DNA of 63,638 bases, the filler included, from Folioceros fuciformis (lineage: Eukaryota), in assembly GCA_049999805.1 (NCBI GenBank). It is 9 parts of 9 records of this genome, joined end to end, with 100 filler letters (N's around TTAATTAATTAA, not from the genome) between each part and the next. Parts side by side here need not be neighbours in the genome. Positions count along the whole stretch, not along the records: positions 1 to 19,489 come from JBNGIO010005991.1; 8 more parts are not named here. One strand, given 5' to 3'. Made by a program: the position numbers and the translations under genes. This document shows positions 1-10,170 of this stretch, piece by piece. How positions within the stretch are numbered: position 1 is the first letter of the stretch; each line of letters begins with the position of its first letter. Under the pieces are notes generated by a model. The model had not been told where the DNA came from. It saw only the letters and a list, made by a program, of their open reading frames with translations, and did not search any database.

Positions 1-890
1 CTTGCAAACGGGCCCGAATTGGCTGAAATCTGTCCAAGATTTGGGGCGCTGGTGTAGAATGTCCGCAGATGAGTGCCTCTGTTCTCCTCTGCCTCTAATC
101 TCGAAATCCCGCTATTGTGCCCATCCTCACCAACACCAGATCTGGTAGAAGAAGGCAGGTGAACAGGGAATTCAAAATGGTGAGGGGCAATCAAATTGCG
201 AGATGCCCCTCTAAGGAACAGCCTAAGAAATTCACTGCCTAAGTCTTCAGCAGCGTGTTGCACCCATCTTGGTGCTGATCCTAGGCCAAAGAAGGCTGTC
301 CGAGGGAGAGGAGGAGGGCGAGTCTGCCTGGGCAATCGCCCCTCAGAATGGCGAGAAGACCGGTTGCTGGATCGACGGGATCTCGCCATAATTTTGCTGG
401 TCTCAATTTTGAGCGCAAAAGAGGCAAGGCGCGTGTTGTGGTTGAGCGCGTGGGGGGCAGAACGCGTGCTGAGGCTGAGCGCGCGGCGAGGGGAGAGGCG
501 CGGGTGCCTCTTCCTTTTATTCTCAGCCACATCGGGCGCAGCACGCTCGATATCATCCAAACATATGGAGATTCTAAACGTGCCCGAAGACAAGGTTGTG
601 TAGAGCCCGTCTCGGTCAAAACTTCATCGTCAAGCGCCCGCGGGTTGGATCAGGACTCGGATGGGGGTCCGACCATGTGCTCATTTTTTTTTCCTTTTTG
701 TTTGAAGGCTTGTATAGCCTAGACACTCTATTACCTAGATATGCTAGAACTATAAACCTTCCTTGTCCTAGAGATCATCCTGCCTAGAGTCTACGAAGGC
801 TAGCAAACATGCTGCCTAAGCATACTAGTGCACGGAATCTTCTAGAATAAAAAATGAGCATAGGCTTTTTGGAGCATGGCTCTGATACCA
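1..890 (-). mobile_element. 5' internal region of a second family-A unit sharing the 891-1097 LTR (tandem), continues off window
   Basis: 1-890 matches 6818-7716 with a few substitutions and indels. A second PBS (890-878) lies directly after the LTR. Confidence 0.9.
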
Positions 891-1097
891 AGTTAGAAAT
901 GCTAATGCGGAAGAAGATGCACCGAAGATGATCTATTAGCAAGTGAATAGGTGGATACAAGGGTAGGCCTTAAATAGCGGTAGCGAAGGGGTGTGTCCTT
1001 TAACTAGCCTGTCAATTAACTAACTACACTTATAACTAGGTCTAGTTTGACTAACCAACGTGATACAGAACCACGTGGTCTGCCTTATATTCTAACT
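891..1097 (-). repeat. LTR (shared: 3' LTR of the full unit, 5' LTR of the next unit)
   Basis: PPT on one side and PBS on the other. Terminal inverted repeat AGTTAGAA...TTCTAACT. Confidence 0.92.
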
Positions 1098-1350
1098 CTC
1101 CCTCTCAGACACGTGCTAGTTGCTGTGAACTGAGAGCTCCTATGTTCAAACGGAGATCACCGCCGTTGACGCCAAGCTTCAAACACCTTCAAATCGGCTG
1201 TCACCAAGAGTCGGTCGTCCTCACTCTTGCAGAGTCTGTAGTCTACAGAAACTCTCAAAGTAGAACACCACTCCAGAGACCAGAAGAGAAGCATGTTATC
1301 TGGTCTGAAACATCAACCCAAGTGACGGAATAAAGGTGTAGTGTAAGGTC

Positions 1351-4300
1351 CTACCATATGAGTGACTTATCTAGTGTCATGTAAGTACTACAATCCACCA
1401 ACCCAAGCCCTTCTCGGTGGTAAGAGTGTTTAAACTTGGGCAAGGACTTGGTAAGTACATCTGCTGTGTTGTCGTCAGTAGGGATATACTGAACCTTGAC
1501 GATACCTCGCTCAGCAGCATCCCTTATATAGTGATGTTGTATCTCTATATGTTTGGTGCGTGCATGAAAGACGGGGTTAGCAACCAAAGCAATCGCGGAC
1601 ATGTTATCACAATGCAAGATAGTTGGCCCTTCTTGCTTCATACCCAAGTCTTCGCAAAGCTTCCTTTCCCATTCAGCCTCCTTTGTAGCTTCGGTAAGAG
1701 CCTTATACTCTGATTTTGTTGAAGATAAAGAGATGGCTGCTTGTTTTCTACAAGACCAGTTAACTACGGAGGAGGTGGCGAGGAAACAAAAGGCTGATAT
1801 GCTTTTGCGGGTATCAGCGTCTGAAGCCCAATCTGCATCTACATAGCAGGTGAGTTGGAGACGCTTCTTTCCGCTGGGTTTATAGCAAAGACCATAATTG
1901 GGGGTACCCTTGAGGTACCTCATGATACGCTTGAGGGCTACCCAGTGAACCTTTCCTGGGTTCTCAGAAAACTGAGCAACTGCATTTACAGTGTTGGAGA
2001 TATCAGGCCTTGTTTGATTACTCAAGAACATAAGAGTACCTACGGCCATAGGATAAGGGATATTCTCCATCTCTTTCTTGTCTTCTTCAGACTGTGGACA
2101 TGAAGCAGAAGAGAGCTTAACACCAAAGGCACCAGGTGTGGTAGACGCCCTTGCATTCTCCATGTTAAAACGTTTGAGCATACCGACTACATATCTACCC
2201 TGGTGTAGGTAAATAGCGCCTGTGCTATCTCTATGTACATGCATGCCAAGGATATACTTGACCTTTCCTAGGTCCTTCATTTCGAATTCCCTGCTGAGGT
2301 CAGCCTTAATCTTGTTGACTAAGTCTACGTTGTTCCCTGGAATGACCAGGTCATCAACATAGAGGGCGACTAGAACAAGTGAGCTATCCTTGCGCAGCAC
2401 ATAGATATTAGTATCAGCTTCGCTTTGGACAAATCCTATTTTCTTAAGGTAAGAGTCCATCCTCTCATACCACAAGCGTGGGCTCTGCTTGAGTCCATAA
2501 ATAGAGCGGTTGAGTTTACACACCTTGTGTGGGCATGCCTTGTCTTCGTAGCCCTCAGGTTGATCCATGTAAATCTCTTCCTGTAGATGACCATAGAGAA
2601 AGGCCGTGCACACATCTAGCTGATAAATTTCTAAGTTTAGTTCAGCACATAATGCAAGGAGCATCCTCACGGATGCAGCTTTAACTACGGGTGAGTAAAC
2701 CTTATCGCCCTGATAATCAACTCCCTCTTTTTGACTATACCCCTTAGCCACTAATCTCGCTTTGTAGCGGATTCTAGGCTCAACTTCCTGAAACTTAGTC
2801 TTAAGAACCCATTTGCATTTGACGGTCGATCTACCCTTGGGCAGGCTAACAAGAGACCAGGTATTGTTTTTGATTAATGAGTTATACTCATCATCGACGG
2901 CCAGCTTCCATTTAGCTGCCTCAGGTCTTGAGTAAGCCTCCTGTAAGGTTAAAGGATCTCCCTCTGCAGTAGCAACACTTAAGGCATAGGGGAAATCCAT
3001 AGAATCACCATAGGTTAGATGAGCTTGATTAAACTCAATGTCAAATGGTAGGTCCTTCCAAAGATGTCTAGGCTGACGCACACGAGTAGGATATCTACGC
3101 TCGGGAGCAGCTGGTGGCCTAGGAGGGGATGAAGGAGTGGCGGGTGCTGGAATAACTTCATGGGGCACCACGAGATCATAATGAACATGTTCAACATCAC
3201 CTTGTTCCATAGGAAGGTCCTCCACTACAGCGTCGTGGTATATCTCCATGTCCCCCTCTCGAGCAGGAACTAATGGCGCAGGAGCAGGCTGCATGTAAGG
3301 AACATGACCAGCAGCTGGCGGCAGTGGTCCTGCTAGAGGGATAGGAGCCACAGGAGGAGTAGGAGGAACACCATCAACGGGAAAGGAAAAGGGTTGAACA
3401 TGGTGGTCAAGAGTGAGGTCACCAAGGGAGCGTGGAGTGCTAGAGCCAGAGGAAGCACCATTGGGGATGCCAGGAGCAATCTCCAAGGATGTCCGGAGGG
3501 CAGGCACTATCTTGGCTTCATCAAAGGTGACTGTGCGCGCATAGATTAGATTCCGAGTGGCCATGTCCACGAGCTTGTAGGCTTTGCGATCATCACCATA
3601 GCCGACAAAAACTAGCTTCCGAGCACGAGCATCAAGCTTGTCACGGTGCTGTGAAGGGACAAAGGCATAGGCAGGGCAACCAAAAACACGAAGATGTGAG
3701 AGTAGAGGCTTGCTCCTGTGCCAGCACTCGTAGGGTGTACGGCCTGAAACCGCCTTAGTAAGGACCCTATTCTTAATGTAAGCCGCCGTAGACACAGCCT
3801 CAGCCCAATAGGACTTGGGCAGCTGAGACTGAGTCAGCATGGCACGAGCCATGGACATCAAATCGCCGTTAGCCTTCTCGGCCACGCCATTCTGCTTGGA
3901 GGTGTAAGGTACAGTGAACTGGCGCAAGACACCACGCTCCTCGCAGAAGGCACGAAACTGAGGGTTGTTGAGCTCTCCCGCATTGTCGGATCAAATACAT
4001 CGAAGTTTACGACCAGTCTGTAACTCGGCCATAGCAACAAAGGGTGAGAACACATTAAAAGAGTCACTCTTAAGGCAGATGGGAAACGCAAACGTATATC
4101 GACTGAAGTCATCAACGACAGTCATAAAGTGGTTAGCCCCGCCTAAAGACGCAACAGGGAGAGGACCACAGAGGTCTACGTGGACCAAGTCAAGAGGCGC
4201 AGTGGTCCGACAAGCAGGAAGAGAAGGATAAGGAGAACTTCGCTGTTTAGCAAGCACACAAGCCTCGCAAAGAGGAGGTGTTGACGAAATTCGGGGAAGC

Positions 4301-5979
4301 TTATCGCGATACAAGTCCTGCTGAGTCGTGGCCAGGAGCCGGGCTGGATTAAGATGTCCAAGCCGACAATGCCAAAGGAGAGCATCACCTGGGTGGGATC
4401 TCCTTGAAGGCTGGTCTCCATGTGAGGGAACCGCCAGGGAGGTAGCCGCCGGAAGCACGGGCTGACCTGTGAAAACATACAAGTCATGACGCGGACGTCC
4501 TCTAGCAACAACCACACGAGGGTTAGAAGACCGATATAGAAGACAATCGCCTGAACCAAACTCTAGGCGAAAGGAGCCGTCCTTGACAAGCTGTCGAACA
4601 GAGATGAGATTCTTGGCCATCTGGGGAACATGTAACACATCAGTAAGCATCATGTGGGATCCATCAGCCAGAGTGAAGGCGACGGAGCCAATCCCCGCAA
4701 TGGAGAGGCCAGAATCATCTCCAAGAAGTACGAAGCGCTGAGTGTCAGCAGCCGCCTCATACGTGGTAAACATGGTCTTGTGACTACAGATGTGCGCGGA
4801 CGCAGCAGAATCAAGCAGCCAGGACTGCCTGTACTCAAATGCCACAAGACACACGGTGAGAGCAATTCCAGGTTGAGAAGGATTCTTGGCCTTAGTCGAG
4901 ACAGTAGCCGAGTTGGCAGTACGAGGCTCTCGCTTGGCCTCACCAGCTTGCTTCTTCCTGCACTCCCTTTCCCAATGACCAGGCGTTTGGCACCAATTGC
5001 ATGTGCCTTGACGCTTCGTGGTCTTGGAAGAGGAGCCAGCCGAGGGAGCAGGCTTGTCGGAACCGTGGGAATTGTTCCTGTGTTGAGGTTTTGTAGAATT
5101 CTTACGCTGTTGTTGACGTCCTTTGGCGACGAACATAACCCGGTCTCCTCCGTGTTTTGAAGTCCTGACATTGAACCTGGCAGCCTCCTCTTGAAGGAGA
5201 GCTCCAGCTATCTCGGACACGGTGATGTTGGGTACCATACCCGACTGCACAGCCTGATGTGCATTTCTCACCGTTTGGTTTTGTGAGGAGACAAAGGTCT
5301 GGTAGCTAGCAGGGAGGCTAGCCAATAACTGAACAGCCGCTTCAAATTCTGTGATGGTTGTCCCTAGAGCAGCAAGCTGAGCCCGTAGATATCTAAACTT
5401 GCTAACGTGTTGAGCAACGCTATCATTATGACCCATACGCAGAGAGTAAAACTCTAGACGTACTGTGACCAACGTCATAACGTTAGTAGATTGATAGATA
5501 TCAGTGATTTGCTTCCAAGCTTCTGCTGATGTGGACGCACCATCCGTGTGGTGTAATGTAACCTCGTCAAGGCCAGAGATCAACATCTGCATGGCTTGAC
5601 GATCTTGACGAACCCAAGCGTCAAGGGCAACCAGATTACCGATGGGCTTGGGAAAAGTTCCTTCAACAATTGGGAGAAGATCCCTTGTGTTGAGGGCAGT
5701 CTTCATGCGCTTAGACCACACTTCAAACTTCGTGCCGTTAAATCTATCCTTTTCCTTAAAATCAGTGTTGATGTTAACGATATTGAAGTAAGGTTGGAGG
5801 CCTACTGTTGGTTGAGGTGGTATAGGGCCGGCTGGACCGCCAGGAGGTGAGGTGGGTGGTGGACTGCCCATCGGCACGCCCAAAGGTGGTGACGGGGGTC
5901 TGGATCCTTGCCGTGATGGTGACCCAAAGGGCCCCGCACCTAGACCAAACTCGGACCCGGAGCTAGAAGCGCCTGCCAT
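1351..5979 (-). pseudogene. copia gag-pol polyprotein with one in-frame stop
   Basis: CCHC CNWCQTPGHWEREC, protease WLLDSAAS, HHCC WHCRLGH..CEAC, INT VHVDLCGP/SDN, RT YVDD, RH DADWA. A single TGA at 3993-3991 replaces Arg (LRCI*SDNAGE; the copy near 39160 reads RCIRSDNAGE), and the frame continues. Confidence 0.93.
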
Positions 5980-6138
5980 CTTTCATGAACTTGTCTTCAA
6001 CTCGTAAGCCGACAATATGTTGTGACACAAGGCCGAGAGTACGAGTTAAGAACAAAGCACGAATTACTTATAATAAGATTATTACTCCTTAACTCTTAGA
6101 GTCCAACCAACATAGTTCCTCTCTTGATACAAGTGAGC

Positions 6139-7206
6139 CTAAGGGAGTGGAGAAGGTTCAATAGGTTGCTCGCTAACTTCAGTAGAGGGATCTCTCACTT
6201 CAGCACTTTTGGGGCTTGACTCAAGGCCTTGAAACTCTTGAAGTTGAGTTGCCAAGTAAAGGAGGTCTTCGTTGGCGTTGGCCACTGATTGCCAAAGAGT
6301 GAGTAGTCTATCACGTCGAGCCGGGGGATCAAGTGACGTGAGAGGATCGCCGCACGAAGCATAAATGTCTTCAATTGATTTCCGTCGAGGATGGATGCGC
6401 ATCGCCAATCCACGATGTCGAGTAGGCAAGGGATCGGCCTCTATCTTCACGGGTGCGATGCTGAGTCCTTCTCCACGCGACTGCAGGGGAGAAATTCCTT
6501 GAGAATTCTGCAAAAGAGCAAACAAGGGAGACTCCTCTAGGTGGTTGGGGGCCTCTCCGCTAAACGGAGCTGACAAAGAACCGGTGCCCGTTAAAGAAAA
6601 CGGTGCCCGCGCCGGTTCGCCCTGCGAGCCGCGACACGGGACCGGTGCCCACGCCGGTTCGGCCGGCGCGCCGGTTCGCCGCGGGCTTGACTCCGAGCGC
6701 GTGTGCACGTCGGCGCACTCCGCTACGAGGGCGCCCTGCTGCAGGGAATGCAGAATGGCGTCGCAGGTGCGGCCAAATCCAGTAGAATGCTGATCGGGCC
6801 GGTGCGCCTCCCCCTGCCTTGCAAACGGGCCCGAATTGGCTGAAATCTGTCCAAGATTTGGGGCGCTGGTGTAGAATGTCCGCAGATGAGTGCCTCTGTT
6901 CTCCTCTGCCTCTAATCTCGAAATCCCGCTATTGTGCCCATCCTCACCAACACCAGATCTGGTAGAAGAGGGCAGGTGAACAGGGAATTCGAAATGGTGA
7001 GGGGCACTCAAATTGCGAGATGCCCCTCTAAGGAACAGCCTAAGAAATTCACTGCCTAAGTCTTCAGCAGCGTGTTGCACCCATCTTGGTGCTGATCCTA
7101 GGCCAAAGAAGGCTGTCCGAGGGAGAGGAGGAGGGCGAGTCTGCCTGGGCAATCGCCCCTCAGAATGGCGAGAAGACCGGTTGCTGGATCGACGGGATCT
7201 CGCCAT
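6139..7206 (-). CDS. Extra ORF (about 355 aa) upstream of gag in family-A copia, unknown function
   Basis: Open from ATG 7206 (MARSRRSSNRSSR...) to stop 6139, same sense as gag. The second copy (ATG 389 to window edge) keeps the frame, with 2 synonymous and 1 non-synonymous change. Confidence 0.65.
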   Translation of the reverse strand: MARSRRSSNRSSRHSEGRLPRQTRPPPLPRTAFFGLGSAPRWVQHAAEDLGSEFLRLFLRGASRNLSAPHHFEFPVHLPSSTRSGVGEDGHNSGISRLEAEENRGTHLRTFYTSAPNLGQISANSGPFARQGEAHRPDQHSTGFGRTCDAILHSLQQGALVAECADVHTRSESSPRRTGAPAEPAWAPVPCRGSQGEPARAPFSLTGTGSLSAPFSGEAPNHLEESPLFALLQNSQGISPLQSRGEGLSIAPVKIEADPLPTRHRGLAMRIHPRRKSIEDIYASCGDPLTSLDPPARRDRLLTLWQSVANANEDLLYLATQLQEFQGLESSPKSAEVRDPSTEVSEQPIEPSPLP

Positions 7207-7716
7207 AATTTTGCTGGTCTCAATTTTGAGCGCAAAAGAGGCAAGGCGCGTGTTGTGGTTGAGCGCGCAGGGGACAGAACGCGTGCTGAGGCTGAGCGCG
7301 CGGCGAGGGGAGAGGCGCGGGTGCCTCTCCCTTTTATTCTCAGCCACATCGGGCGCAGCACGCTTGATATGATCCAAACATATGGAGATTCTAAACGTGC
7401 CCGAAGACAAGGTTGTGTAGAGCCCGTCTTCGGTCAAAACTTCATTGTCAAGCGCTTGCGGGTCGGATCAGGACTCGGATGGGGGTCCGACCGTGTGCTC
7501 TTTTTTTTTTTCTTTCCTTTTTGTTTGAAGGCTTGTATAGCCTAGACACTCTATTACCTAGATTTGCTAGAACTATAAACCTTCCTTGTCCTAGAGATCA
7601 TCCTGCCTAGAGTCTACGAAGGCTAGCAAACATGCTGCCTAAGCATACTAGTGCACGGAATCTTCTAGAATAAAAAAAAATGAACATAGGCTTTTTGGAG
7701 CATGGCTCTGATACCA

Positions 7717-7923
7717 AGTTAGAAATGCTAATGCGGAAGAAGATGCACCGAAGATGATCTATTAGCAAGTGAATAGGTGGATACAAGGGTAGGCCTTAAA
7801 TAGCGGTAGCGAAGGGGTGTGTCCTTTAACTAGCCTGTCAATTAACTAACTACACTTATAACTAGGTCTAGTTTGACTAACCAACGTGATACAGAACCAC
7901 GTGGTCTGCCTTATATTCTAACT
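7717..7923 (-). repeat. 5' LTR of family-A copia
   Basis: Identical by eye to 891-1097; followed on the minus strand by the PBS. Confidence 0.92.
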
Positions 7924-8670
7924 AAGGTATAGAGTACTCCGTTGCCTCCATATGTGAAACTGTCGAGCAAAGATTGCCCAAGTTTTGTGGAGGACAAAGC
8001 TGAAATGGAGAAGGTTCCATACTCATCAACTGTAGGGAGTTTGATGTATGCAATGATTGCTACACATCCTGACATTGCCTTTGCAATGGGAGTGGTTAGT
8101 AGGTTTATGTCAAACCCTGGCACGAAGCATTGGAAGGGAGTGAAAGGAGTTATGAGGTACTTGAATGGTACGAAAGCTTTGTGCTTATGTTTTGGTAGTG
8201 AAGATGGATCTGTCGTGGGATATACGGATGTTGATTATGCGGGGGATATGGACAAAAGGAGGTCCATATCAGGTTATGTCTTCATGTGCACAAGAGGGGC
8301 AGTCTCATGGCGATCTTGTTTGCAATCGTGCATAATGCTATCTACCACAGAGGCCGAGTATGTTGCAGCGACTGAGGCGTGCAAGAAAGCCATGTGACTT
8401 GCTCGTTTAGTGGGAGATTTGGGGATCAGGGTTGAGCTGCTAGTGTTGCATTGTGATAGCCAGAGTGCTATCCAATTAGCGAAGAATCTAGTGTTTCATG
8501 CGAAGATCAAACATGTGGAAGTGAAGTATCACTTCATTCGAGAGGTGTTGGAAGACAAGAGGGTACAACTTGTCAAAGTTCACACCAATAAGAACCCTGC
8601 AGATAGTCTTACCAAGGGGCTCTCTTCGGAGCAATTCGCACAAGCTCGGACACTCATGGGCATGAGGTAG
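7924..8670 (+). pseudogene. Older copia RT/RNase H 3' fragment, interrupted by the family-A insertion
   Basis: PYSSTVGSLMY, LSTTEAEY, LHCDSQSAI and KHVEVKYHFIRE motifs, with a stop at 8395. PPT AAGGGGGAG near 8702-8710 is followed by an LTR-like region with TATAAATA near 8868. Confidence 0.9.
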
Positions 8671-9009
8671 ACCACTCTCCTATGAAGGTAAATTGGCCTT
8701 TAAGGGGGAGGTTGTAGGGTTATTAAAGCCCAATGTGCTTAGACTAATGTGTTTAGTCTAATATTAGTGTTTAGTTAAGTATTATTAGTTTAGATTAGCT
8801 TAAGCTAATCTGTAGGAAGCTTCTTGTGCGCTTCTTGTACAGCTTCCTATGGAGCTCTTCTAGAGGGTATAAATACCCCCTTGAGCTCCCTTGCTATTGA
8901 GACTCTATTGTGAGAGTATGACCTCTCTTTCTCCTCTCCTCCTTGCCTCCTCCTCTCCTCTCCTTCACCATGTAGCTCGTCTAGCAATCCTTCACTTACT
9001 TATGCTGAA

Positions 9010-9273
9010 GCACTCATGGCTTCATCGGATATCCAAGAGCCATCGAATTACAAGGAGGCTATGTCTGGCCCGCAAGCAGCTGAATGGAAAAAGGCAGTTG
9101 ATGATGAGTTCCAGTCACTCCAAGATAATAAGACATGGCGTCTTTGCGAACTGCCTGAAGGACGCACGGCCGTGGGGAGTAAGTGGACTTTTAAAGTGAT
9201 AAGTTGGGCCTGCTAGCCAAGACCATCACCATGTTGAAGTCCCCTCAGCCTAACATGTTATGTCTGAGGGGGA
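9010..9273 (+). mobile_element. Internally deleted copia fragment (RT N-terminus joined to a PPT)
   Basis: EPSNYKEAM..WKKAVDDEF..NKTWRL..SKWTFK, then PPT TGAGGGGGAG near 9264-9273. Confidence 0.7.
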
Positions 9274-9523
9274 GTATAGGAATTCTGATAGACATCACCT
9301 GTTAGGCATTCCGTTAGACCAACACACTTGGCTGAAGAGTCGTGTCTCTTGAACTCGAACAGGCACAAGCTTGCACACCAACAGCCTAAGGGCTGAGACA
9401 CTCTTTTAAGCGAAAACACTACCGAGTGTGATTACCTGTTTAGATGATTCTCATGACCCTGCATACTTTTGCTGAAACCCCTCTTTGGTGTTGGAGTCCG
9501 GTTTGGCCGGTTTGGTCGGTTTC

Positions 9524-9658
9524 GCTGACCTGATGATGGGGCTAAAAGCACACCATAGTGAGGCACGCTGATCTGACGATGGGGCTAAAAGCACACCATA
9601 GTGAGGCACGCTGACCTGACGATGGGGCTAAAAGCACACCATAGTGAGGCACGCTGAC
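9524..9658. repeat. 43-bp tandem repeat x3.1
   Basis: Unit GCTGACCTGACGATGGGGCTAAAAGCACACCATAGTGAGGCAC; copies nearly identical. Confidence 0.95.
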
Positions 9659-10170
9659 TTCGGGAAAGGCAGCACGTCGTCTGGCAACAGAATATCTTTG
9701 TCCACAACGAGTCCAGAGATGCTCTATCGTTTCTACTTTCACATTATTGCCCACTGTCGTCCGAAGGGACAGGGCGGACTCGGCTGGTTAGAAGACTTGT
9801 CTGGCAACAAGAGTTTCATTTGAGGAATGCTCACATTCCGTCCCGTACAATCTTCCGGGCCTTTGTTGTCTTCATTCCGTCCTACTCACGGGAATATCAA
9901 CAGCAGTGGATACCATTATAGAGCGCTGTACAGAATGAAGTCACTTTGTCAGGTGGAGAACTACGCATGAGAACGCAATGGTCTAGCAGAAGCCAGACGT
10001 TGACGTACCATCTTCCCCTAGACCAATAAAACACAGTCCTACCCATATACTCTTCACGTCGATGTTCGCATCACAGCTGCATACCACTATGGATGGGAAG
10101 GTAGGCGGGATTCCAGGACTCGCCCGAATATCGGACTACATGCACACGATGACATTGCTATCACTATTCA

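Larger units (their letters stand above)
891..7923 (-). mobile_element. Full-length Ty1/copia LTR retrotransposon (family A) with extra 5' ORF
   Basis: Two apparently identical 207-bp LTRs (891-1097, 7717-7923). tRNA-iMet PBS TGGTATCAGAGCC at 7716-7704 and PPT GAGAGGGAG at 1106-1098. Domain order is gag-PR-INT-RT-RH. Confidence 0.96.

Noticed and set aside
196-787. Plus-strand ORFs duplicated at 7013-7610
   Set aside because: Antisense shadows of the GC-rich copia leader and extra ORF; no motifs, and ends differ between copies.
3927-3993. Programmed gag/pol readthrough or frameshift
   Set aside because: The stop falls inside the integrase core at a conserved Arg, which is intact in the related copy, not at a gag/pol boundary.
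9524-9658. 43-bp repeats as a possible CRISPR array
   Set aside because: Head-to-tail copies without unique spacers, no cas genes, eukaryotic context.
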